This document shows positions 52,003 through 63,419 of a stretch of 64,000 nt of DNA, piece by piece; the stretch's first letter is position 1, and every line of letters starts with the position of its first letter. The position numbers were made by a program, and so were the translations under genes. The stretch comes from Plasmodiophora brassicae (taxonomy: Eukaryota), in contig CP145425.1 in the NCBI GenBank assembly GCA_036867785.1, positions 310,001 to 374,000 of the forward strand, in the 5' to 3' direction. The notes beneath the pieces are model-generated. The model saw only the letters and a program-made list of their open reading frames with translations, made no database searches and was not told the DNA's origin.

Positions 52003-52879
52003 TCAGTGAGCTCCTGGGACAGGCGCCACCGTGTCGCCTCCTGGGCCGTGCGACTCCTGGTACCGTTGACGCGATGGCGAGAACGGGATCGGGACCCGGG
52101 CGGGTACCTCGTCATATCGGTGGCTTTTCCAGAGCAGCGCCTCCGAGCGCGATCGCTGCAACTCTTCCGCCGCTTTCCTGGACTCGCACCGGAGCTGTTC
52201 CGACCGCGTCGTTTTCGGCTTCGAGTGCTTCGTCGACTTGCCCCGTATCGACAGGTTCCTCTGCATCGCCTTGTGCCGCTGACCTTCCAGCCACGTCTTG
52301 TGCGCCGCGTTCTCGATGATGCTCGCGAACGACACCTCCTCTGGATCTCGGCTGCACGGCTTCCCGAACGTGATGTCTCGCAGGTGACTCGGCACCGACG
52401 GCTTCTTTGCGTTCGCGTTGCCCGCCGCGATGCGGATTCGGTACTCGTGTGTCCTTCGAAACTGTGTAATCTGCCCGACGGCTGTGGGTCAGCGCGGCGA
52501 AAACGGTTCGCCGCTCGCGAGATGCCGCACCTGTTGGCTCGTGATCGCACCATGGTCGGCAGAGGCGATGTTGAAGCGGACAAAGTCCGACCCGGGCAAC
52601 GATGACGGATTAGGAACATGGCTCTTCCATTCGGAGATCACTGCGACCGGTATGAGCCACGAAGACAATGAGGGTGCGCGCGCGCCACGTACGTTTGCCA
52701 GCTGTGAGAGCGTCACGATCGCCGTGGCAGCCAAACGTCGTCTCGGGCGGCGGCAGCTTGCAGGTGGGGCGGCGAGCGCGTCCCAGCACCGGATGGACCA
52801 GCAGCGGGTTATGCAGGAAGTTCTTCTGTCGCGGTAGGAACGCCGTATCCATCGCATACGACTCGTGCGGCGGTGCCAT
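52003..52879 (-). CDS. CFAP77: CFAP77 (DUF4483)-like flagellar protein, spliced
   Basis: NPLLVHPVLGRARRPTCKLPPPETTFG, SEW...DFVRFNIAS and ITFGKP resemble CFAP77 motifs. Confidence 0.65.
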
Positions 52880-52946
52880 CGCGTCGCCGACGGACGGGAT
52901 GAAAGCGGCGGCGATCGCGTCAGCGTACCCCCACCCTCGAATCGGG

Positions 52947-54793
52947 TTATCGTGTATTGTTGACTCGTAGGCGGGATCGGATCTTGTCGCGAAGGTCCTC
53001 AATGATGTCGACCGGATCAGGCCCGATAAGTTGCTCGGACAGATGAGGGATGATCGACGACATCATGATCCGGTAGGATTTGGGGACCAGGCGGAAGACG
53101 GCCGATTCCAGGAACGCCGTTAACGTCGTCGGAATCGATCCGACTGGAGTCACATGCAGATCCCGAATCGAAGGCGGATTGTCGAGTACGACATCGACCC
53201 AGCTGTCAGTGTCGTCCATGCTCGCCTTCAACCTGACGCCTTCGAACCGAACCTTCGCCGATTGCAGGCCGATCTGTCGCGTGACGAACCCGTAGGCCAT
53301 TCGACAGTCGAAAAGGATGGCGGGGGAGAGCGGCACCCGGCTTGCGATCGTGTACTCGATGGTCGTCAAGTACTCGTCGTTCCCCAGCGTCTCGTTCATA
53401 TGGACGGTCAGCTGCGACTCGTCGGCAATGTCGACTGCGGCGAGGCCCACCGCGAAGAGTCGCCAGCTGGCGTTGTCGTCGGGCGGCAGGGCGCTGCGCA
53501 GCACCGATTCGACCACGGACGGGTTCAGGACGAACTTGTGGATGGCGTGCTCGAGGAACGTGGCCCAGTGGTCGCGCAGTGCGCCCAGGCTGTGCGTCGA
53601 CAGGTTCAAGTCGCGCAGTTTTGCTTCCGGCTGCGTGCGTGTCCCTCCAGGCGACGCTACCCGATGCTCGTACCGGATCCTGGCGGTCTCCGTGACGTTG
53701 CTCATCTCGATGATGGCGGACAGCGTGTCCAGACGTTGCTGATCGGTGATGGTCGACGGTGTTGGCATTGGCAACGCCTTGCCGACCCGCTGAACGCGGG
53801 GCTTCAGGATCCGGGCGCGTAACGATCGCGCACCGGACAGGAACGTTTCGACTGCGTTCGCCATCAGGCGAACGATGGCCAGCCAGCCTCGTCTGGATCC
53901 GTTAATCGCGCTGAACAGGATCTTTTGCAGGCGACGTTTCAGGGTGCCTAGGTGGCGTAAGGCGAGCTTGATGACGGCAGCAGAACGGCGCTTAACGAGG
54001 GAGACCGAGGGTGACTCTGACGACGGCGTCGTGAAGGCGAACAGCGAAGACATCATGTTGCACAGGAACTCCCAGAGCGATACGATCCAGAGCCAGAGCC
54101 GTGGTGACTGTGGCTTCTGCTCGAAGGACATGGCATTGGGTACCGGTTCCGTCCCGCCGTCGATGTCGAAATCGAAGACGCTGAGGTGGTCGACGTGGAC
54201 CACGAAGTTCCCGACCGTGCTGGACCGAGGCAGGAATACGCTGATATCGACAGCAATGCGCGCGTTCGAGATGAGGATGCCTGTCAGTGGGATCTTGGGT
54301 GCCATTGCAATCACCTCGACCCTCAACTGCGTCATGTTCGCCTGGACTCGTCGATTCAGGCCTCGTTACAGAGGGGAAACAATGATGAAGTCACCTGGAC
54401 GTTGATGTCGTACCACGTGCCAGGTGCTGAGGAACCGTCGTTCTCGAATTCGGTGCCATCTCGGAAGCGGGTGATGGTTGCAAATGGTTTGGAGGTTGCC
54501 GGGTCGAGGGAGGAGAAGACAGCAGATCTCTCCCGCACGTGAAGGAACGGGGACGACGTTGATGCGCGCTTCGAAAGAACAATGTTGATGGCGCGAACGC
54601 ACTGTTTTGTCATGTAGGGCGATGTAAGAAGGCTGAAGACTGATCCTGCCAGTTGTGTGAAACCGGACGCCTGATGATACGGGTCGGCAGACGGCGATGG
54701 AGACGGGTCGATTGGCGTCCCGGGCATCGTCCACGAAACGCCCCCGTGAGGTAGGCACCAGAGAAGAAGAAGAAGGGCCTGTACGACGTGCAT
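52947..54793 (-). CDS. secreted/membrane hypothetical protein (signal peptide)
   Basis: MHVVQALLLLLWCLPHGGVSW signal-like start, one probable intron near 54340-54390, and a 462-codon downstream open frame. Confidence 0.65.
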
Positions 54794-54849
54794 GTCGGAT
54801 TGGAAATGCCTAGTGATGAGGGCTATCTTCGGAACAGCATCGAATTGAT

Positions 54850-55626
54850 GTACCTTGACTTGAACACGGATAGTGTCTGGAGTGTATTGTCGCCAGTGTC
54901 TGACGGCGTCACGAGTGTCTGGGTCTCGGTGTTCGGTGGCCGATTCGCGATCCGGTGCCTGGTCGTCTTCGACCAAGTATGCGTCGAGTTACTGCTCGGC
55001 CGTCTAGTCGTAATCCGGTGCTGGGTCATCAACGTCCTGTTGGTCCGACGCCGAGTCGTATGTGGGTGTCCGGTCGTCGATCGATCTGTGCTCGGGCGCC
55101 GATTCGTGTCCAGATGACGGGTCGTCGACAGAGGCGCCGACGTCTTGGTGCTCGAGCACCCAGTCCGGCACCGGGTCGTCGAGCGATGCGCTGTCTTGGT
55201 CCTCGTACGTCAATTCGTGATCCAGCCTCTGGTTGTTGTCCTATGCGCTGTCTTGGTATTCGGACGCGGAGCCGTGATCCAGTGCCTGGTCGCTGACCTG
55301 AGCGTCCGGGCGCCAAGTTGTGAACCGGCGCCGGGTCGTCGAGCGATGCGCCATCTTGTTGCTTGGGAGCAGAGACGTCGTCCTCGGTCGGGTTGTTGTC
55401 GTCTTGCTGCTCGGTCGTCGTGACGTAATTGGGTGATCTCTGGTCATCGACCGATATGCCGTCTTGTTGGTCGGGCGCCGAGTCGTTATCAGGTACCGGG
55501 CCGACGTCGCGTTGCGGAGGTGCTGGTCCCAGAGGGTGGGCGTTAGGTATAACCTTGCTGTACATCAAGGTACCAAGCCCGAGCTGGTCATAACCGCCAC
55601 TGGCCTCGCCGTAATTGCCGTCGGCC
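54850..55626 (-). pseudogene. 3' part of the alginate-lyase-like gene: conserved C-terminal motif plus Asp-rich repeat tail with stops
   Basis: ADGNYGEASGGYDQLGLGTLMY, then degenerate ~18-aa repeats (QQDxASxDDPAPDYDS) with in-frame TAG/TAA and a frameshift. Confidence 0.75.
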
Positions 55627-55969
55627 GCGAAGGGCGGCCGCGTGGGCTCCCACCCCATGTTTGGACCGACTCGTTTGAATTCGAGAATAATTCAAAAGCT
55701 GGCCTGCAACGCGCTCGCGCGTTGCAGGCCAGTAACACACGCGAAGAGAGCTACCCTGAGTTTACGGAGGCGCGCTGCCCTACTCCAATATTGAACAGCT
55801 GACAACGTCGACATCTGACTATATGTGCAGCCACGATGATGATGGGACGAATGTACTATCGATCGCATAAGAGCGCAGGGATATCACTATGACTGCTTGC
55901 ACTTGCCGCGCGCTCGTGGTTTCTTGGGCTGACCTGCCTTTTTTGTCGGTTTGGAAATGCCTGATCGCA

Positions 55970-56600
55970 TAGCGTCATGGACGGTGCCGTTGACGGCCAA
56001 GGCCCAAGGCAGCAATAGGAGACGCAGGAGATATCAGACGAGCCATAATCGCGACAGAGCCACCTGTGGTACAGCGATCGGGTGAATATAGTAGGCGATG
56101 CACCCGTCGGTGACGCGAGAAGCCTTTCGGGACCGGGAAACAACTGTGGAAGGGTGGAGACGTCCAGCTGAAGGCGTAACACACCAAATGGCAGGCAAAG
56201 GCCGTTCAAACGTCGTTGCCTGCACACAACCGCCAGCGACTTCGGCTGACAACGACACGAAACCGCGTGACTGACTTTGGGCGAACTGCTGCCACTCCAA
56301 TTGCAGTTCCCCTTTCCCACGCCCTGAACCACTATCGCTACAATCATCTTCTGCAGAACAGCGGGCGTGTGCAAGTGGCGGCCATGCTCCCGCGCTGGTC
56401 CCATTAGCGAGGCGCTCCAGTCTCCACCCTTCCACCGTTGTTTCCCGGTCCCGAAAGGCTTCTCGCGTCACCGACGGGTGCATCGCCTACTTCACCCGAT
56501 CGCAGTACCACAGGTGGCTCTGTCGCGATTATGGCTCGTCTGATACCTCCTGCGTCTCCTATTGCTGCCTTGGCCGTCAACGGCACCGTCCATGACGCTA
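55970..56600. repeat. inverted repeat / hairpin 3
   Basis: Arms 55970-56161 and 56420-56600 (~185 bp; two small indels and a few substitutions) with a 258-nt spacer. Confidence 0.97.
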
Positions 56601-56629
56601 CCGCGCAGTTTGAGTAAACGTCCACGGCA

Positions 56630-56920
56630 ACCGTCGGCTTCGGCAGACGGACGTTAATCCGTGTTGTGGAGACAACCGTCGTCCGTCGTGTCGTCTCCTG
56701 ACATTTTAACCGTCTTTCACCGTCCTTAGCCGTCTGGCGTCGCATCGTCTGTCTTTCGTGCCGCTTTGTGGTCGGAACCAGAAACAAAGCGGCACGAAAG
56801 ACAGACGATGCGACGACAGACGGCTACGGACGGTGAAAGACGGTTAAAATGTCAGGAGACGACACGACGGACGACGATTGTCTCTACAACACGGATTAAC
56901 CGTCTGCCGAAGCCGACGGT
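56630..56920. repeat. inverted repeat / hairpin 4
   Basis: Arms 56630-56769 and 56784-56920 (~138 bp; 4 substitutions and a 3-nt indel) with a 14-nt loop. Confidence 0.98.
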
Positions 56921-56926
56921 CTGACA

Positions 56927-58042
56927 ACCCTCCGGCCGTACGTTGTCGGCGAACATCTAATTAGACCACCGGACGCGGCTCTCGGGAACGCCCTTGACGT
57001 AACGATAATGGCTGTAGGGCAGCTCCCACATGGGCCGAACGTTGCCGCGGGCGTTGGGTGAGACGTCCCTGTTGTAGAAGGGATGGTTCATATAAGCCGT
57101 GAAGTTCACATCGAAACCCAGGTTGTACTTGGCCGTGTACTCTGAGCCTTTCAGAACGCGGTTGTCGTCATAGCCGAACAGGTCGCACTTCTGCGCCCAT
57201 GCCATCTGGCAGAATGTCGTCAGCAACATGATGGACAGGGTAGCATGGCCCTGGTCGCGTCCGGATTCCTGATCTTGCGCGGTCCCGTCCTGGCACGTGA
57301 CCCATGACGTTCTGTTGATGGCGCCATTTCCACTGCCGCGATAAAAGTAGTCGACGGCGAAGTTGTAGATATCGGGACGATCGGCGACAACACCGATCGC
57401 GATCAGCGAGGCCATGATGCCGAGGTCCCAGTTCGACCAGTAGTGAACGGGCGAGTGGGCATCGTTATGCCTCACCAGGAAGTCCTTATTCATCGGGTAG
57501 AAGACGTTGAGCATCATGGTGGTGAAGTTCTGGAAACTTTCCTTGGACCAACGCGGATAGCGGCGCAGGATTTCGCCAGCGTTTGCTATCTGGTATCCCT
57601 GAAACCCGGCCATCAGGAACCGATCCGCGGTTCCGTACAGCGCTTCCAGGCTGACGGCGCAGGCATTCAGGATCTGTACGGCGATGTCCGCCCACCTATC
57701 ATCTCCCGATATCTTCCAAAGCAGCGCATGTAGGTAGGCGGCATGCGCGTCGCTCATCAGGTCGTGGTAGTTCTGCGGATGGACGCCGTCATCGCCGCGG
57801 TACACTATCGGACTGGCACGGGCAGTGTACGACAGTCGTGAGTGCCAGTTGTTCTGCAGGGTGCTCCATCCGGACAGATACGGTTCGTAGCCGTGTTCCA
57901 CCCAGAATCGAACGAATTGGAAATCTTCGTCGGTGTGTAGCAGGCCCGGATGAATAAACTCTGATGGTTGATTAATGTAACAGCCGCCAAACACGGTGCC
58001 GAACAGGAGGAGGAACGGCGTTACAGACAGCGCAAACGACAT
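56927..58042 (-). pseudogene. secreted alginate lyase / chondroitin AC lyase-like protein (5' part)
   Basis: Signal peptide, FIHPGLLHT, HYWSNWDL, QESGRDQGH, GSEYTAKYNLG and RGNVRPMWEL. A TAG at 56957-56959 is followed in frame by MFADNVRPEG and then the insertion. Intronless. Confidence 0.85.
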
Positions 58043-58849
58043 TGCGCGTAAACGTCGGGAAGCACTGAGGACAAGCCACAAATGAGCGGGTTCGAGCCGA
58101 TCGACCGAAACGAGATCGAGGATATCTCCTGATTGTGTGAAAATATCCGAGCATCTCCGATCTGAATTCGGTTCACCCGTGCAGATATCAGGAGTTAGGA
58201 GAACACGGAAATGTAGATGAAGGAGCGAATGTGAACCGGTATAATTGAGCAATCTAGCACAGCTCGACAGACATTGTCCAACAACGTTCCAAAGGTTCTG
58301 CCCAGTAATACGTAAACGATGGCGTCAAGCTGCTTCGGCAGTGGTAGGCGGCTCCATAAGAATCTGACAACCTCTTTAGACCAAACCAAACCTAGCGTCG
58401 TCAGCCGCCGACCCTTACAATCTGGGCAGCTGCGAACCCGGCAACGCTTCAGTGGATTCTAGGTGCACCTTAGCGAGGCAGGGCATGTGGACCGGTGTGG
58501 TCGCCAACTAGGCAACAGGACTAGATGCTTCTGTAGCCTAGCTGGCGATACCGATCTACAAGTACCATTCCGTCAATAATCGCAATAGTACTGACATCGC
58601 TTACGCCCCATCATTGAACCAGGGTAAATTCATGCACTACGCTGGGAACCCGTCTCGCAGGAACGGTACTTCACCGATAGTGAAGTGGGCTGTTGAGGCC
58701 TGTTCTGAGGAGCAAATGAGAACAGCCCTGCTAGCGGCAGCACGTTCGGCTAGTCCGTGTCCTGGTAGGACGCGGTCACGTTTACATCTGCGGGCGGCAC
58801 AGCGAATTCGTCTGCGGACAAAGGTCGAGTCCCAGCGGTGGAGCATCTG

Positions 58850-58950
58850 GTGAGTGATGAGTTGATGACTGATTGCTTTTATGAGTTGATGACTGATGAT
58901 TGATGATGACTGATGAGTGATGACTGATGACTGATGACTCGATGACTGAT
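58850..58950 (+). repeat. degenerate (TGA/TGAC)n simple repeat
   Basis: About 100 bp of tgatgactga-type units just upstream of the Src1/MAN1-like gene. Confidence 0.9.
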
Positions 58951-59011
58951 CGGAACGCGCAAACGGAAAAACCGCGGACCCGCACTATTTTTCAGAAGGT
59001 GCCGTATCGTG

Positions 59012-61201
59012 ATGGTGCGGTCGGCCACGCCGAAGGCCCGGCGATCGACGCCGGCGCGCCGTCCGCCCGAACCGGAACCGGAATCCAGGTCGAGTTCCGA
59101 AGAGCAGGACACGGATTATTTGGCGCTGAGCGATGAGGAATTGGCCCTGTTGGACGAGACGCCGGACGCGGCCGTCATTGCGCGACGGTACACTATCGCG
59201 GCGCTGCGGACGTGGCTGACGGAACGCGAGATTGCGTTGCCGACTGGGGCAGCGCGCAAACCCGACTATGTGGCTCTTGTCATTCAGCATATTGACAAGC
59301 AGAGGGTGGGCATCACCGTTGTGTACCGGTGACGTTCAGCACTCTAATCCAGTCGCCTACCTACCTAGGATGCTATGAAGGATGAAGCGCCGGCGAAGAA
59401 GGACGAAGAACAGCCGAAGACGCCTAGTCGAAAGCCTGTGGTGCGGCGCGGAACAACACCAAAGAAGCGTAAAACAGTGCCGCGTACTCCGGCTAAAGAG
59501 CCAGCCGAAGAAGCGGAAGAACAGCCTCCAGCATCGCCTACAAAGAAGCGCAAGGTTGATGGTAAGTAGCAGGGCTATCAATATTTGGAGCCTGCTAAGG
59601 TTGATGTTTGATTCGCTAGAGTCTCCAATCGCCAAGACGGTGCCCACGACTCCTTTTGCAAGCCCTGTCCCCATGGTCGCAACGGTACGACCGTCGTGAT
59701 TCCGCTCGCCTACGTTGTTCCTGATTACTTACAGACGTTCCTGGCTCGCCTGAAACAATCACGTGCGTCGACCTCCGAGCCAATCGAGGTATCTGATGTG
59801 TTGCTATTGTTGCGCTTGGATTTTAAATTGCCATACAGGGACCCGTCCCCGACTCTGGCAAGGAAGTAGCAAAGACGCCACCAAAACCTGCCGAAGATGT
59901 TGAGTCGGGTGTCAACAAGTTCCAGCGGTCGTCGTCAGCGAAGAAGAAATCTGCCAAGGCCAGGATGAGAGATGGAGAGCCGGCTGCAGCGCCCAAGCAG
60001 CCCCCGTCGTCGTCTCTCCTTGGCACGTCCAGAGATCAACCACAGGTTTCCGTAAGAACCATGAGGGATTAACGCAAAGCACACTAACGCGTTGCTATGC
60101 AGACCCCTGTCGAACCTCGGAAACTGTTCGCACCGTCATCCCGACCATCTAGCAGCCCTGTTCGGAGGGTGATCCGCCAAACTGTTGTCGTTCCACCGAC
60201 GTCCCCGAAGGCGAGTTTCCCCACCAATTGCAATCCCGAGCGCGTATGGTTAACGTCCGTGTTGGCCCTAGGTCACTAAGCGTCCGTTCTCGACGCTCAG
60301 GACCATAATCCTACCCGCTGTATCGATCATTGTCGCTGGTTTAGCGTTCCTAATCGCTCGCCATGTTTTTGTTGGTCCTGTCTATTGTCCAACGGATGGC
60401 AGCCCACAGCTCGAGGATTGCCTTCCCTGTCCAGCCCGTGCGTCGTGTGACTCCGCCGGGCGTGCCCATTGCCGAAGCGGTCTAGTGCTGCATCGGGGCA
60501 AGTGTATCGATGATCCTCGTGTCGTCACGTTGGCTGAGCAACTCCTGGAGGACGCGGCCTGGATCGCCGCTGAGCAACTTGGGCGCGTCGAGTGCGGCGA
60601 AGTGTCTGGCCCGCGTGAGATCCCTCAGGCTGAACTTGAACAGCGCCTGAAAGATCTTCATGGAAGCGAACCTCAGTTCCAGGACGCCTACAGAAAGATG
60701 TTGTCCAAACTGCAAACGATTGATCCCCAGACGACCCCGCTTCGATATAACGGTACGCCGCCCCGAATCTGGTCAACCGTCCCGCATCGTTCATTCTCGT
60801 GTGCCGTTCGGCAATGGCTTGCCTCGCACATTCGGACGTTTGTGGCGATTGTCGTCACTGCTTTCGCAATTGCTTTCTGGGTATTTCGCCGCCGACGCCA
60901 CGGTCGTCGTGTCGCCCTCGCCATTCAAGTCTACAAGGCCGCTCTGGGTGTCCTGAAAGACTCTGTCGGCGCAGTTGCTCTTGACCATCTGTCTGTGACG
61001 GCGTTTGAGCAGAGCGGTTTCGCTCGCGATGATGCTGTGTGGGCCCTCGCTCTGGAGCAACTGATGCGGGATGCGCGTATCAACAATTCGCTCGTGTTTC
61101 TCAACGGTGTGCAGAAGAAAGGCCTCGTCTTCTCCCAGATCCCGTTACGTTCCAGTGGCAGCAGCAAACCTGCATTCGTCTACCCGTCCGCCCCTCGGTA
61201 A
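59012..61201 (+). CDS. inner nuclear membrane LEM/HeH + MSC protein (Src1/Heh1/MAN1-like), multi-exon
   Basis: HeH-like YTIAALRTWLTEREIALPTGAARKPDYVAL, basic/SP-rich linker, TM1, luminal CLPCPARASC..C...KCIDD, TM2 and WH-like W..ALEQL..DARI. Confidence 0.8.
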
Positions 61202-62033
61202 CCGGTTCGTTATCCATTTGTATTGTTAACGCTGGTGACATTTGCGCTTGCAGGTGACAATTGGCGCGGGTTCTGACTCAAAACATCACAATCAATACAT
61301 AGGTCTGTCGGTTAAACCTTGCTGTTGCTGAGCGTACGGCGGAATCGCGTGTGGCGTTGGCTCATGGGAGCGAGATATTTTCAGCAGATTCATTAACTAA
61401 CAGTATCTCCACGAGACGTGGTGTATCGTGTGTGGCCCGCTTCTGTTATGTCTCTGTTCGACAACTGGGTCAGGAATGCCGGCCAGTATCCCAGCCAGGC
61501 ATCGTCCGCCAAGCCGGTCAACGCAGCAAGCATCTGGGTAAGACGTCTCCTCCCCTGGTCCGTATCGCTTCCCAATTGTCTGATCGTGTGCCGATAGGGT
61601 GCGGAACGAGTCGAAGATCAACGGTACACCAAAGGTCACGGTTCTGCACATCTAGTTGGGGGTCAGCGCGCCCGCCCGTCGCTGTTCGCCGAAGCTGGTC
61701 GAACAGTGTCGACCCGTCCATTGGACGTCTGCCTGTCGGCGACGTCGTCGTCATGTTCAACTCGCAGGTCGGCTCTCTGTGCCTGGATCATGTCCGTACG
61801 CCTCTTACAGGTACCATAGCAACGTATCGACAAGCAGCTCCATCGTCAGCTCGTGTGGCAGTTCATGCTCATCGACCGTCGAGGACAGGTCGTTCCTCCC
61901 GTTCTCGACGTCGTATGGGTCGGCGTATTGCTCCGCGTTCGAGCGTAAGCTTGTGGTATGGCGTGCTGCGTCGCCGTGTCTTGACGCGTTAACAGCATCA
62001 CAAGTCGTTCCTGGAGCGCGCTGCCGGCAACAA

Positions 62034-62573
62034 ATGCTTGATGAGCGCAAGGCAGAGCTGAAGGACGCTGGCAGGGGCGCATGGGAGAAACGCATCGACC
62101 GTGCCCATGCACGCGACCGCCGCCTGAAAGACCGCATCCTCAGGACGAAAGCTAGACACAACTTTGAGGTCGACTGCCATGAGGTGCAGTGGCCGAAGCA
62201 TCGCAACGAGTTTGGTTTGCTCAACGACCGACAGGTTTATCGATCGATGCTGGAGGCCAAGAATACGCCACGTCTGCCCGATCGCTCGTTCGACCTTGAC
62301 GCAGACGGGATCGTCAGCGCCAGAGACTACGCGATCGCGTCCGCGTTTGATGTCGACGGGGACGGCAAGCTCAACGACCACGAACTAGCAAACGCGAAGA
62401 CCGCTGTTGCTAATGGTACATTGCCAATGCGCCCCCGGATGCCATACACAACAGACGCTAATCGAGTCGGTGTGTGCACAGGAGCTCTGGACTCATATCG
62501 TGGCACGCTGGCGAATCTTCTTGGATTGCCATTGTACCCTGCCGGTTCCTCTGTCACGACAAGCCATACGTGA
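62034..62573 (+). CDS. EF-hand pair-containing protein
   Basis: FDLDADGIVSARDY and FDVDGDGKLNDHEL. Start and 3' intron are uncertain. Confidence 0.7.
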   Translation: MLDERKAELKDAGRGAWEKRIDRAHARDRRLKDRILRTKARHNFEVDCHEVQWPKHRNEFGLLNDRQVYRSMLEAKNTPRLPDRSFDLDADGIVSARDYAIASAFDVDGDGKLNDHELANAKTAVANGTLPMRPRMPYTTDANRVGVCTGALDSYRGTLANLLGLPLYPAGSSVTTSHT

Positions 62574-62671
62574 CTCCCGACCGTATTGCATAAATTGAAG
62601 GTCCAGTGAACGGGTCAACCGAGTGCCCAAACGGTGTAAACTGTGCTGTTAGAGTCGTCTCTCTTCCCGAC

Positions 62672-63246
62672 CTATGTCGCCGGGACGCATGGCTCCGTTA
62701 TGGATTCGTCCATCGGCGGAATCGCAATACTGAACGGTATGAACCCTGCCTTGACGTTGACAGCGATAGCCAGGTCCATTGTGAACGTCGCCGACGACGT
62801 ACACGTCGCCACGACCGCTAGCAGCGCTTTCGTAGCCGGGTCCCCTGCAATCACCGTTTCATCAAACAAGCCCAGCTCGCATTGCAAAGGACGGCGCCAC
62901 CTGGGTCGGTCGGTTTGACGTTGACGACAAACTGAAAGACGTACGTGGAGAGCTGTTTGGCTGGGAAGACGGCCGTTGGCAGTGCATTTGTGGACGATAT
63001 CTGGTTTCCTCTGTAGGATAAGGCAACGTTGCCGGACACGAGGTCGATGTCGTAGCGGTTGCGGTTGGTGACGTTGACGTGCACGTCGAGAGTCACTGCC
63101 AGCGACGTCTGGCTGAACTGGAGGCCGCTGGGCGCCACTGACGCCGAGACGGGCGGATGCAGGTCAGGGAACAGGAGGTAGATCGCGATGCCCAACCCGA
63201 CCAGGATGACAAAGGCGACTAGGCAGATCACCTTACAGCAACCCAT
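62672..63246 (-). CDS. LEA_2/WHy domain membrane-anchored protein (apparent 1-nt frameshift near 62887)
   Basis: MGCC plus TM, then VHVNVTNRNRYDIDL..GNVALSYRG. The C-terminal half continues in another frame. Confidence 0.7.
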
Positions 63247-63419
63247 CGTCGAACCGACTACGAGCGTCAGCAACCGACCACGTCGAGCTAGTCACAGGCG
63301 ACTGATCTCGATCATTCGAGATACAGGTGGTAGCGTCGAATATTCCGCCTTTGCGATTATCAGCAGACCAAACAAGTGAACGCCATGTATAACAATGGAA
63401 ACGAATAGAGGACGCGCGC

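Larger units (their letters stand above)
55627..56926. mobile_element. ~1.3-kb insertion into the lyase gene, carrying two long hairpins
   Basis: Separates ...VRPEG from ADGNYG... No clean TSD or transposase seen. Confidence 0.65.

Noticed and set aside
55627-56926. Insertion as a large intron or a Helitron
   Set aside because: No AG acceptor at the junction, no TC...CTRR ends, and the host gene has independent stops.
54960-56960. In-frame TAG/TAA as stop-codon reassignment or readthrough
   Set aside because: Conserved genes here end in TAG/TAA normally (YKT6, Tubby, ISCA1), and the stops co-occur with a frameshift and an insertion, which indicates pseudogenisation.
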